Part shown: piece after piece, positions 1-11,539 of the stretch
Layout: every line of letters begins with the position of its first letter
How positions within the stretch are numbered: the first letter of the stretch is position 1
Source of the DNA: Heterodontus francisci
Taxonomy: Eukaryota
DNA length: 64,000 nucleotides
Direction of reading: 5' to 3'
Assembly (NCBI RefSeq): GCF_036365525.1
Contig: NC_090404.1
Span: forward strand, 10,230,001-10,294,000
The notes under the pieces: generated by a model
What the model saw: the letters and a program-made list of their open reading frames with translations, nothing else
What the model was told of the DNA's origin: nothing
The model's database searches: none
Translations under genes and position numbers: made by a program

Positions 1-163
1 ATATCATCTGGACCTGGAGCACCATCTAGTTTGAGATTTCCTATTTTATCCAGGATGACAATCTCTTTCTATTTTAATATTTATGATATTGTTGACAGCA
101 CATCCCACAGATGAAATCTGAGTATCATCCACAGGAGTGCAGACTGATGTGAAATAGTCATTT

Positions 164-3100
164 AGAACATAAGAAATAGGAGCAGGAGATTCAGCCCCTC
201 AAGCCTGCCCTGACATTCAATAAGATCATGACTGATCTGCCCCAGACCTCAACTCCTCTTTTGTGCCAGTTCCTCATAACCCTCAACTCTCCGATGTTTC
301 AAAAATCTATCTACCTCCTCTTGAAATACTTTCAGCGATCTAGCCTCCACAGTTCTCTGGGGAAGAGAATTCCAGACATTCACTAACTTCAGAATAAATT
401 CCTCCACAGCTCAGTTTTAAATGATTGTCCCTTTATTCTATAATTATGCCCCCTAGTTTGAGATTCCCCCACTAGTGGAAACATCTTCTCAACATCTACC
501 CTGTCAAGCCCCCTCAGAATCTTGTACATTTCAGTAAGATCACCCCTCATTCGTCTAAACTCGAATGAATAAAGGCCTAACCTGTTTAGCCGTTCTTGAT
601 AAGTCAACCCCTTCATCCCAAAAATCAGCCAAGTGAATCTCTTTTGAACTGCCTCCAATGCCAGTATATCTTTTCTTAAATATGTGGACTAAGACTGTAC
701 ACTGTACTTCAGGTGTGGCCTCACCAACACACTGTACAGTTGTAACAAGACTTGCTTACTTTTAAACTCCAACCCCCTAGCAATAAAGGCCAAAATTTAA
801 TTTGCCTTAATTACTTGCTGCACCTGCATGCTAACGTTTTGTGTTTCATGCACAAGAACACCCAGATCCCTCTGTGCTGCACTTTTTTGGAGTCTCCCTC
901 CATTTAAATAATAGTCTGCCTTTTGATTCTTCCTACCAAAGTGCATGACCTCACACTTTCCTACATTAAACTCCATCTGCCAAGTTTTTGCCCACTCACT
1001 CAACCTATTTATATCCTCTTGCAGATTCATTATGTCCTCATCACAACATGCTCTCCCACCTATTTTTGTATCATCAGCAAATTTGGATATATTACACTCT
1101 GTCCCCTCCTCCAAGTCATTAATAGAGATAGTAAATACTTGAGGCTCTAGGACTGATCCTTGTGGCACTCCACTAGTTACATCTTTTCAACCTGAAAGAC
1201 CCATTAATCCCAACTCTGTCTTCTGTGAGTTAACCAATCCTCAGTCCATTAACCAAATTCCATGAACTCCTATCTTGTGCAATAATCTTTTATGTGGCAC
1301 CTAATCGAATGCCTTCTGAAAATTCAAATACACTACATCTACCGGTTCCCCTTTATTAACTCTGCTTGTTATATCCTCAAAGAACTCTGGCAAATTTGTC
1401 AAGCATGATTTCCCTTTCACAAAACCGTGTTGACTGTTTGATTGCATTAAGCTTTTCTAAATGTCCTGCTATTTTCTTCCTTAATAATGGACTCTAGCAT
1501 TTTCCCAATGACCGATGTTAGGCTGACTGGCCTATAGTTTCCTGCTTTTTGTCTCCCTCCCTTCTTGAACAGGGGCATCACATTAGAGGTTTTCCAATCC
1601 AGTGGGACCCTCCCAGAATCCAGTGAGTTCTGGAATATTTCAACCAATGCCTCCACTATCTCTGCAGCCACTTTCTTTAAAGCCCTTGGATGCAGGCCAT
1701 CAGGTCCTGGCGACTTGTCTGCCTTTAATCCCATTAGTTTGTCAAAATACTTTGTCCCTCGTGATAGAGACTGTTACAAGATCTTTCTTCCCATTAGCTC
1801 ATCGCTTATCGGATATCTGTGGGATGTTTATAGTGTCCTCCACCATGATGACCTATGCAAAATATTGGTTTAAATTATCTGCCATTTCCCTGATCCCCAT
1901 TATCAATTCTCCAATGTAGTCCTCCAAGGATCCCAATCTCACTTTAGCTACTCTTTCTTTTTATATACCCATGGAGGCTCTTGCTGTTTGTTTTTATATT
2001 TCTTGCTAATTTACTTTTATAATCAATTTTCTCCTTTATTAGCTTTTAGTCATCCGCAGCCGGCTTCTAAAAGAATTCCCAATCATCTGGCCTACCACTA
2101 GTTTGCGCTGCTTTGTATGCCTTAGTTTTTTGATTGGATACTCTCCTTGACTGCCTTTGTTAACCGTGGGTGGTTCATCCTTCTCATTGAGTCCTTCTTT
2201 TTGACCAGGATAAATTTTTGCTGAGCATTATGAAATAGCTGCTTAAATGTCTGCTACTGCTCATTCACTTACCTTCCCCTTAGTCTATTTTCCCAGCCCA
2301 CTTTAGACAACTTTCTTCATACCTCCGTAATTTCCCTTGTTTAAGTTGAGGACGCTGGTTTGAGACCAGAGTTGCTCACCCTCAAACTGAATTTGAAATT
2401 CTACCATGTTGTGATCGCTTCCCCATAGAGGATCCTTAATGAGATCTCTTATTAATCCTACCTCATTACACATGACTATATCTAAAATAGCCTGTTAACT
2501 GGTAGGTTCTGCGACGTATTGCTCTAAATAACAATCTCTGATGCACTCTACAAATTAGTCTTCCAGGTTACCTCTGCCAATCTGATTTGTTCAGTCAATA
2601 TGCAGATTAAAATTTTCCATGACAATTGTAGCACCCTTATTATACGCCTCCATTATGTCACAACTTATACTTTGTCCTACGGTGAGGCAACTCTTCGGGG
2701 GCCGATAGACGACTCCCATCGAAAATGATTCCACATCACCATCTATTGTACCTATAATCACTACTCACTACCCCACTGATACCTTCCTTTATTAACAAAG
2801 CTACTTCACCTTTTCCTTTTTGCCTATTTTTCCGGAACATCCAATACCCTTGAATATTGAGTTCCCAGTCTTGATCACCCTGCAACCACGTCTCTAACAG
2901 CACAAGTCATATTCATTTATTTCTATTTTTTCAGTCAACTCATCTATCTTTAACTGAATGCACGCAGCATTTGTAACACGAGCCTTAAAGCTTTGACTTT
3001 TTAACCACTATTACTCATTCTGGTTCTAATTTCTGCCCCTTCCTGTCACACTTTGATTACTGTTCGCCTCTTCACTACCCTGCACCTCTGCTCTCTCATT

Positions 3101-4540
3101 TCTTTGATTTTTTTTTTTAAACTTCCCTTCAATTGAACCCTCCCCCCACTAAATTAGTTTAAAGTCCTATCTACAACCCTAGTTATATGATTTGTCAGGA
3201 CACTGGTCCCAGCATTGTTCAAATGAAGCTCGTCCCAATGGAACAGCTCTCCTTCCCTAGTACTGCTGCCAGTGCCCCATGAAATTGGAACCCATTTCTC
3301 CCACACCAATCTGTTTACCTCTCTAATCTAAATTTACCCTATGCCAATTTGCACATGGCTCAGGTAGTAATCCTTTGAGCTTCTGCTTTTTAAATTTGGC
3401 CCCAAGCTGCTCATAGTCCCTCAGCAGAACCTCTTTCCTAGTCCTACCTATGTCATTGGTACCTACATGGATGACGACAACTGGATCCTTCCCCTCCCAC
3501 TCCAAGTTCCCATCCAGCCTAGAAGAGATGCCCTTAACCTTGGCACCAGGTAGGCAACACAGCCTTCAGGACTCCCTGTCTTTGCTGCAAAGAACAGTAT
3601 CTATTCCCCCTACTATGCTATCCCCTATTATCACTACATTTCTCTTTTCTCCCCCCTCCCCTCTCCTCCCTCCACTTGAATGGCACTCTGAACCATGGTG
3701 CTGTGGTCAGTTCGCTCATCCTGCCTGCAGACTGTGCCCTCGTCCACAGCAGGAGCAAGAACCGCATACCTATTGGATAAGGGCACTGGCTGAGGCTCCT
3801 CCAAAGCTAAATTCTGGATCCCCATATCTGCCTCACTCGCAGTCACACCCTCCTGTCCCCTGTCCAAATTTGATGTAATTAATCTAAGGGGTGTGACTGT
3901 CTCCTGAAATACAGTGTCCAGGTATCTCTCCCCCTCCCTGATGTGTCGCAGTGTCCGCAGCTCGGACTCCAGCTCATCAACTCTGAGCCGAAGGTCCTCG
4001 TGCAGCCAACTCTTTCTGCAGATCCGGCCACCGTGGATCGCACCGGCGTCCACCAGCTCCCACATATGACAGCTGCAACACATTGGCTGCCCAGCCATCT
4101 CTATTCCATTTAATTAATTAGGATGTTTGATGCGATGTTTGATTTAAATTAAAATAAAAGTGCCTGTTTAAACAATCAATTGTAATTAATACTTGTAGTC
4201 CTGCACGGTGTTCATACTATTAGAACACTTGCTGTTACACTCCCACGATTGAAAGAATTGTAATCACCCAGCTCCTAATCTGAACTAATACTGTGTGTGC
4301 ATGTATATATATTGAGTTTTTGTACTAATGAATTGATCAAGTCTTATTTTATTTAATTAAAAGATTAAATTAAAAGCTTACCGATACACCCACCCCAGCT
4401 TGCTTTGTTTCCCCACGCCCTGTTGATTGTGACGTCACTTTTTGATTTGCCTCCAAACCTCCTGCTTCTGAGGTTCTGGCGCGCTTTTTGAATGCTCTCC
4501 TCTTCCGCTGCTTCTCTCCGAATCAGAGGTTCTGGCACGC
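164..4540 (-). mobile_element. Near full-length degenerate CR1 LINE (5'UTR, ORF1, ORF2 EN-RT, 3' tail)
   Basis: ORF1 pieces 3634-4098 (CxxC...LRLRVDELESEL zipper) and 3323-3505 (VVVIHVGTNDIG esterase-like). ORF2 pieces 1447-1734 ([20 protein letters not shown]), 797-1168 (PQGSVL, KFADD) and 389-658. CR1 tail ending ...ttcttatgttct at ~164. Multiple frameshifts. Confidence 0.93.
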
Positions 4541-4544
4541 TTTG

Positions 4545-5443
4545 TAACAGCTCTGTCATAGCCTGACAATTTGTTTCAATTTGTCCTGAACAGTCTCTCA
4601 GTGGCCCTAAAACATCTTTAACCACCTTCTCATTCCTGACGTAGCTGGAAAAGCTTTTGCTGTTATGACCACAATCGTGCACCATCTTTTTCCAAAGATC
4701 TGAGTTTCTCTGACCTGCTGAGTGGTTCCAGCATTTCTTGTTTTTATATCGGAGTTTCTCTGATGGCTGCTTTTGTTTCATTCAATTGTAGGTGATTTGT
4801 CCCTATTCTCCTGTAAACTGAATTCATCTGGTTACAAACTGGGTTCAATGTCAGACAGTCTAGGAGTCAGGCATGGTATCACGCCCGCGTGCAAACACAC
4901 TAAAACAGGGAATTGCAGGAAACACTGCAGGTCCTTCTTTATCTGAAGATCAAATAACTGCTTGTACAATCATACAACAGACAACAGGCTCCTATGACCT
5001 CCTCCAACTGCTCTTATAATGCAGATTTTCACCAACACTTTAAATGGGTTTATTTTAAATGAGTTAACAGCTCAGACAAACACGTTAAATCTTCATAGAA
5101 TAATTACCAGTCATTTACAGACTGGAAACGTAAACCTGCCATTTCACTTTCAGTCAGGAACAGATCACAATTTTACACCAATCTCTGATTTGACAGCACG
5201 TTTCCAGCATTCACTGTTGTTCTTCCTGCCTCTAAACACTGTTGTAAAGGAGTCTTCTGTTCCGTGCCCGGGAGCTCTGAACCATGGAAGAGTGACTGGG
5301 ACACTCAGATGGGAAAGGCAAAAACCTGCAACAAAGTGTTTAAAAACAAAGCTGATTTATTTCAAATGTATCCAGAATATTGAACTCCAACACAGGAAGA
5401 GGGGTTATTAACTTCAGCAGAAACAAACCCCAACTGCCAGAAT
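4545..5443 (-). other. Orphan zinc-finger-gene 3' trailer plus downstream flank (no finger array attached)
   Basis: 5335-5443 is the reverse complement of the trailer found after other finger arrays (cagttggggtttgtttctgctga...aataacccc...aatattctgga...AATAAAtcagctttgtttt). 4590-5330 aligns by eye to 48195-48730 and, inverted, to 33425-33840. Confidence 0.85.
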
Positions 5444-5444
5444 A

Positions 5445-6655
5445 GAGACATAGAAAATTTATAGCAGAGGAGGCCATTCAGCCCATTGTATCTGTGCCAG
5501 CCGAGGAAGAGCTATCCAGCCTAATACACTTTCCAGCTCTATGTCTGTAGACTTTTAGGTTTTAGCACTTCAAGTGCATATCCAGGTGTGTTTTCTTTTT
5601 AAAATGTGATGAGGGTTTCTGCCTCTACCACCCTTTCAGGCAGTGAGTTCCAGACTCCCACCACCCTCTGGGTGAAATGATTTATCCATTTCCCTCTAAT
5701 GCTTCTACAAATTACTATAAATCTATGTCTTCTGGTTAGGAGAACTCTCTGCTAAGGGAAAAGGTCCTTCCTATCCACTCTGTCTAGGCCTCTCAATTTT
5801 ATACACCTCAATTAAATCTCCCCTCATCCTCCTCTATTCCAAAGAAAACTACCCCAGCCGATCCAATCTTTCCTAATAGCTAAAATTCTCCATTCCTGGC
5901 ACATCCTCTATATATCTCTTCTGCACCCTTCCCAGTGTAATATCTTGCCTGTAATGCAGTGACAGAACTGTACACAGTACTCTATCCGTGATCTAACTAG
6001 TGTTTTATTCGGGTCTAGCATAGCCTCCCTGCTCTTGCAATAAAAACAGAAAATGCTAGAAATACTCAGCTGGTCTGGCAGCATCTCCGGAAGCAGAAAC
6101 AGAGTTAACGTTTCAGGTCAGAGATGTTTCATCAATAGAAAATGCTGGAAATACTCCCTGCTCTTGTATTCTATACCTCAGCTAATAAAGGAATGTATCT
6201 AGTATGCATTCTTAACTACCTTATCTACTTGTCCTGCTATCTTCAGGGATCTGTGGTCATGCATTCCAAGGTCTCTCTGTTCCTCCACACTTCTCAGTAT
6301 TCTATTAGTAATATTGTATTCCCTTTATTACATTGTATCCTATTATTATATTGTATTCCCTTGCCTTGTTAACCTTCCCCAAATGCATTACCTCACACTT
6401 CGCCGGATTCAACCCCATTTGCCTCTGTTCTGCTCACTTGACCAATCCATTGATATCTTCCTGCAGTCTACAGCTTTCTTCCATCAACCACAAGGCTGAA
6501 AATGTCTTAATCGTGCCCCCTATCTTCAAGTCCAAATCATTGATATATACTGACATTGATATTGCTATAGTACTGAATCATGTAGGACCTCATTGGTAAC
6601 AGCCTTCCAGTCACAAAAACACTTCTTGACCATTACCCTTTGCTTCCTGCTGCTC
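5445..6655 (-). mobile_element. 5'-truncated CR1 LINE (RT C-terminal half and 3' tail)
   Basis: Reverse-strand CR1 signatures (cccagagggtggtgggagtctggaactcactgcctgaaaggg; gtactgtgtacagttctg). Interrupted by a Penelope tail at ~6039-6155. Confidence 0.88.
6039..6155 (-). mobile_element. Penelope-like element terminal fragment with decayed hammerhead motif
   Basis: Reverse complement reads ttgatgaaacatctctgacctGAAACGTTaactctg...gatgctgccagaccagctgagtatttctagcattttctg, the same tail as 43811-43910. Flanked by duplicated host sequence ctccctgctcttg. Confidence 0.8.
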
Positions 6656-6875
6656 TAGCTGAAGACACTTCCTGCACATGAGGTTGTCCAAGACATAAGT
6701 GTCCTGGAGTTCCCACATGGAACAGAATGTGCACTCCACTGGACTGAGATGCCCTGCCATTATTTATTAGACTATTAATTGACTTAACCAGAATAAACTT
6801 AAGATTTTAAATAAATACAAATTCATTAGTTGCTCACTTGTCAGCTGCTTCCTTTGTGCTGATGTCACTTTATTT
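6655..6875 (-). mobile_element. CR1 5'UTR / ORF1 start fragment
   Basis: Reverse strand atggcagggcatctcagtccagtggagtgcacattctgttccatgtgggaactcc resembles the CR1 ORF1 N-terminus at 4098. Confidence 0.6.
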
Positions 6876-7080
6876 GATGGAGTTAACGTAAAATGTTTTA
6901 CTTAACTATTCTCTAGATATGATTTTAATTTACTGAAAAATTCAGAACCCTTTAGTGTCACTATCACTTGTTATTTCACTTTATCCTTAGATAAGATTAA
7001 TTGAACAGACTGTAATTATGTTAAATTATCAAATTAGCTTTAGTTTTATGCTAATTATTTCATCTAGTCTTACTTTACAC

Positions 7081-7675
7081 TTCTTCTTTGGCCTTCTTGT
7101 CTCAGGAGACAATGGGTAAGCGCCTGGAGGTGGTCAGTGGTTTGTGGAGCAGCGCCTGGAGTGGCTATAAAGGCCAATACTAGAGTGACAGACTCTTCCA
7201 CAGGTGTTGCAGGTAAAATTGGTTGTCAGGGCTGTTTTGCAGTTGGCTCTCCCCTTGCGCTTCTGTCTTTTTTCCTGCCAACTGCCAAGTCTCTTCGACT
7301 TGCCACACTTTAGCCCCGCCTTTATGGCTGCCCACCAGCTCTGGCAACTGACTCCCACGACTTGTGATCAATGTTACAGGACTTCATGTCGCGTTTGCAG
7401 ACGTCTTTAAAGCGGAGACATGGACGGCCGGTAGGTCTGATACCAGTGGCGAGCTCGCTGTACAATGTGTCCTTGGGGATCCTGCCATCTTCCATGCGGC
7501 TCACATGGCCAAGCCATCTCAAGCGCCGCTGACTCAGTAGTGTGTATAAGCTGGGGATGTTGGCCGCCTCGAGGACTACTGTGTTGGAGATGCGGTCCTG
7601 CCACCTGATGCCGAGGATTCTCCAGAGGCAGCGAAGATGGAATGAATTGAGGCGTCGCTCTTGGCTGACTTTACA
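7081..7675 (-). mobile_element. RTE-clade LINE 3' fragment
   Basis: RRLNSFHLRCL.RILGIRWQDRISN...QRRLRWLGHVSRMEDGRIPKD.LYSEL..G.RPTGRP.LRFKDVCKRDMK, C-terminal CxxC..H (FTCNTCGRVCHSSIGLYSH), and a (gaa)n tail. Confidence 0.92.
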
Positions 7676-7844
7676 CTTCTTTAATGCGGAAACAGATCCG
7701 TACACAATTCTCTGGCTGTTGGGGTGTAGGGGCAGTGCTGACCAGTGTTTTTTCAGTTCCAGCATTACTACCCTGATCTTACTCTCTGGGCCTTGGCTAA
7801 TAAAGGGAAGTATCCCATACACCTTCAAAATAGTAATTCAGGAA

Positions 7845-8180
7845 AACAAAATACTGACAAATGTTAAAGTATTTTGTTGATAAAAGAAACGTTGTTTTCA
7901 CTTTGAAAGGATAAATAGTTTGCCAGGGGTTCACACTGACTCACCTGACTGGCAGGCCGCAATTGCTTCCAGAAGCCGCTGCTCCCTTGGTCCTGCGACC
8001 TCTGAGCTTCTTCCTGTTGTTTCCCAGGACAATCAATCAGCTCTTGGTAACATGACCCTGTCAGAGGGAGTTTAGGGGCTCAGAGGAAGAAAACAAATGA
8101 GGTCATGAATCTGAGTTGGGAAATACAATGACAGAAATAGGATTCAATTTATAAACTAAACTATTTCACATCAAAACAAT
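7845..8180. repeat. Conserved promoter-flanking module, paralogous to 57140-57480
   Basis: Shared blocks aaaatactgacaaatg, cacactgactYacctgactggcag, agaagccgctgctcccttgg, ggacaatcaatcagc, ggggctcagaggaagaaaa, gattcaatttataa. Confidence 0.85.
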
Positions 8181-8189
8181 TATTGTAAT

Positions 8190-8800
8190 TAATTTGGCGC
8201 GATAGATGTGAGTCGCATCAGCGGGAAGAAGGGATGGGGAGGCCCCGCAAACACCTGGTGCTGTCCACCAATCCCCATTAATAAACAGCAACACCCGGTG
8301 GGCGGGGCTTCAGGTTCCTGTTCCCAACTGCTCCCGAGGGAGAAAATCATTGGTCGTTTGGGAGTCACGTGCATGTCCTGCGTGGCTTCTCTCGGTGATA
8401 AACGCGGATTAACGGCCGCTATTTTTTATAAGGGGCAATATGGCGCATGCGCGGCCATCCTGGGACAGAACAATGAGTGGGTGGGGCCTTAGGTTTCTGT
8501 TCCCAACTGCATTTTGATCAGTGTTGTGCGAGCGCTGGAGACGCTTTTGCAGCGAGTGAGAGTCGGCGGGTGAGCGGGGAGGCTTTCGAAACCCCTGTTG
8601 TGGGCTGCAAACCCCGAATGAGGACCTCCAGATCCCGTGTTTGCAGCCACGGTGCTTTTTCCCGGGAATGGGTCCAGATCAATGGCCGCCATCTTGGTCC
8701 AGCGGGGAGCAGAGCGCATACGCAGTCATCTCGGTGACGCCACAGATTGGGCGGGGCTTCAGGGCCCCAGTAACCAGCAGAGAAAATCATTGACTCATTG
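8190..8800 (+). promoter_or_regulatory. CpG-island promoter and probable non-coding first exon of zinc-finger unit 1
   Basis: CpG-rich. GC boxes (gggcgggg), NRF1-type GCGCATGCGC 8443-8452, YY1-type CCGCCATCTT 8686-8695, ATTGG next to a GC box. Candidate donor GG|GTGAGC at 8570 and acceptor cttttacAG at 9059. Confidence 0.75.
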
Positions 8801-9387
8801 CTTTGATTCTCATTCTGCACACAGGGGCTGGAGAACTGAAGCCAGTCAAAGTAGAGGGAGGGAGAAAACTGACAGTGGAGGAAAGAAATGGTGCGATGGC
8901 TTTGGATTTCAGCACAAAGAGGAGGGAGAGTGTGTGAGATGGGGATTTACAGCTTTGGAGGAACAAGAGAGGAAAAAATGTGCCATAGACATTAGAATTG
9001 TCTGTTCAGAATTTCTATCCTGTTCCGACAGTGATGACTTTTGTAAACTCCTTTTACAGGGATTAGAAGGGGAGGATTTGCAGACAGAAAACTCAAGCCA
9101 ATCATCACATCAAAAACTGATGGAGCCACAATTCATCAGGACCTGAATATCATTGAACTTCAACTGTGGAAGGAGAAATCTTTGTCTGTTCCAACTGTGA
9201 GAAAAGATTTCAAACATCAGTGTGACTGGTAAAGCACCGAGACGCACACACCAGAGTGAGAGTGTTCCAGTGCACTGACTGTGGAAAGAACTTCAACCAG
9301 TTACGCAGCCTGAAAAAAAATCGCACCATTCGCAGCGGGGAGATAGTGTGATGAGGCTTCAACTGATTGTCCAACCTGGAGAGACAC

Positions 9388-9852
9388 ATGGACTCTCGCA
9401 CCATGGAGAAACCTTGGAAATGTGGAGACTGCGGAAAGGCATTTAATTACCCGTCAGACCTGCAATCTCATCGACGCAGTCACACTGGGGAGAGACCATT
9501 CACTTGCTGTGTGTGTGGGAAGGGATTCACTCAGTCATCCATCCTCTATAAACACCAGCAAGTTCATACTGACAAGAGACCGTTTAAATGTTCTGACTGT
9601 GAGAAGAGCTTTAAAAGCAGAAAGGATCTGCTGACACACCAGCGGGTCCACACTGGGGAGAGGCCATTCACTTGTTCAGAGTGTGGGAAGGGATTCACTC
9701 GTTCCTCCCATTTACTGAGGCATCAGCGAATTCACACTGGGGAGAAACCATTTATCTGCTCTGTGTGTGGGAAGGGATTCACTCGTTCCTCCCATTTACT
9801 GAGGCACCAGCGAGTTCACGCCCGTGTCATGCCTAGTAGAGGCAAGCCCTAG
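9388..9852 (+). CDS. C2H2 zinc-finger protein, 5 tandem fingers (unit 1), C-terminus truncated by an insertion
   Basis: Five CxxC-x12-HxxxH fingers with TGERP/TDKRP/TGEKP linkers. ATG at 9388 and a second ATG at MEKPWKC. The last ~10 codons come from the insertion starting at ~9825. Confidence 0.8.
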   Translation: MDSRTMEKPWKCGDCGKAFNYPSDLQSHRRSHTGERPFTCCVCGKGFTQSSILYKHQQVHTDKRPFKCSDCEKSFKSRKDLLTHQRVHTGERPFTCSECGKGFTRSSHLLRHQRIHTGEKPFICSVCGKGFTRSSHLLRHQRVHARVMPSRGKP

Positions 9853-11241
9853 TCATAAATTTTAACATGGACTATTCAGCATAGCATCTTCTGGAACTGA
9901 ATTTTCCTTTTGTTTTAATGAACCACAATGGACAGCAAAGATGGCCACTGAAGATCAGCTGAACTTCAGCCTGAGTATTCAAAAACTGACTCATTGTCTC
10001 AAAAAGACAAAAAGATACCTTCCATGCTATGAGGTGTCATCGATGCCCATCTTGAAACCATCAGGAGACATGCCTGAAGTGAATGGTTTCTCCTGAAGCA
10101 AAGAAGATTGTCTTAACCCTCCTCAGGGTGAATGTCTCAGAATAAACCAGAATGAGGCTAATCAACCTGGACCCCCACCATATTTGGTTACATGATGGGG
10201 CAGCCATGATGGTCTCCTTTTAAAATACGGACTGCAGAAAAAAGCAGCAAGCAGACCAGGCCGTACCATCGTGCCTTAAGAGAACTGGAGGCTGTAACAT
10301 CTTAAGCTCTCCAAGCCTGTTCCTTTTCAGTTCTCCAGTACAGAAAACCAACCTCCTCGTGATGAGACTACAAGCAACTAAGGTCGTGACCTGCTGAAAA
10401 TCCACCTCTTCGAAAGAATCTTGCAACGACTTCGATATACAACTCTGGCTATCGAATCCAAACTAACTACACTTCAGGAGTGAACACGCCTTCTTCACCG
10501 GGCGTGCAATGCATACCTTTTCCCCACAACAAGTTGAATCACGTGACTTACAAATTGCAAACAAAGCAATAGTTTGTGAAAGTGCACTGTCCTTTTAACA
10601 GCTTTCTTTCTCGAGTGTGTGACTGAGTGACGTAGCGTCAGACTTTCGGGTCGAACTTTTTAAAAATTCTTTTATGGGATGTGGGCGTCGCTGGCAAGGC
10701 CAGCATTTGTTGCTCATCCCTAATTGCCCTTGAACGACTGGCTTGTTAGACCATTTCAGAGGGCAGGTAAGTGTCAACTTCATTACTATGGGTCGCGGGT
10801 CACATGTTGGCCAGACCAGGTAAGAATGGCAGATTTCCTTCCCTAATGGACATTAGTGAACCAGATGGGTTTTTACAACAATCGTTGATGGTTTCATGGC
10901 ATCATTACTGAGACCAGCTTCCAGTTCCAGATTTTTATTAATTGATTGGATTTAAATTCTACCAGCTGCTGTGGTGGGATTTAATCCTGTGTTCCCAGGA
11001 CAGTAATCTGGACCTCTGGTTCACTAGTTCAATGATATTACCACTACGCCACCACCTCCCAATGTGTGAATAAAAAGAATTCTCTTTATTTAAACCCACC
11101 AAAAGCGTGCTGCTGGTTATTCAAATTGGTCACACACACAGGTTGAGAAACATGCATCTTTCTTTTCAAAAAACACACCGATTTATGGACAGTAAAGGGA
11201 AGGGAATTATGGTTTCAGTTCTTTCTCAATTCTGTTCGTAA
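9825..11241 (+). mobile_element. ~1 kb insertion (plus nested SINE), probable solo LTR
   Basis: Interrupts the finger array in a linker. Begins TGT, has AATAAA at ~11069 followed by a short U5-like stretch ending ...gttcgtaa. No coding similarity and no clear TSD. Confidence 0.5.
10655..11060 (-). mobile_element. tRNA-derived SINE sharing both head and tail with the LINE at 27750-30838
   Basis: A box TGGCGTAGTGG (rc 11041-11051), decayed B box (rc 10976-10987), body aaaaacccatctggttcactaatgtcc...ggaaggaaatctgcc, tail caagggcaattagggatgagcaacaaatgctggcc...cccacatccc. Confidence 0.88.
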
Positions 11242-11242
11242 A

Positions 11243-11500
11243 ACTGGAGATAAACCGTTTACATGCTCTGTGTGTGGGAAGGGATTCACCCGTTCATTCC
11301 ACTTACTGAGGCACCAGCCAGTTCACATTTGACTGCAGGAGTTGGACTCTGCTGTTGTGAATCACAACCGAAACTGAACCATCTTCATTCTGATCATCAG
11401 GGTTTGTTTCTGATCTGAACCCCATAACCGGGCTGGAGTTTAATATTGTGGATATCCGTCAAATAATTCAGCTTTCGTTTAAGCTTATTGTAGAATTTTG
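11243..11500 (+). pseudogene. Stranded last finger, original stop codon and 3' trailer of unit 1
   Basis: [32 protein letters not shown] (11330-11332), followed by the family trailer ctgcaggagttggactctgctgtt...gggctggagtttaatatt. Confidence 0.88.
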
Positions 11501-11539
11501 TCTTTCGCACCTGAATGTGCCAGCAGAAAAACAGTTAAT

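Noticed and set aside
7134-7240. Single C2H2-like motif (also 26140-26200, 33985-34050) as additional ZNF genes
   Set aside because: These are the C-terminal zinc motifs of RTE LINE ORF2.
8637-9146. 169-aa ORF upstream of unit 1 as an effector domain
   Set aside because: GTG start, spans promoter/intron sequence, stops before the fingers and has no recognisable domain; the homologous region at 30850-31010 is not part of a comparable ORF.
9223-9225. Selenocysteine recoding of the shared TGA codons
   Set aside because: The TGAs are not at Cys positions, other stops and indels occur nearby, and no SECIS was recognised.
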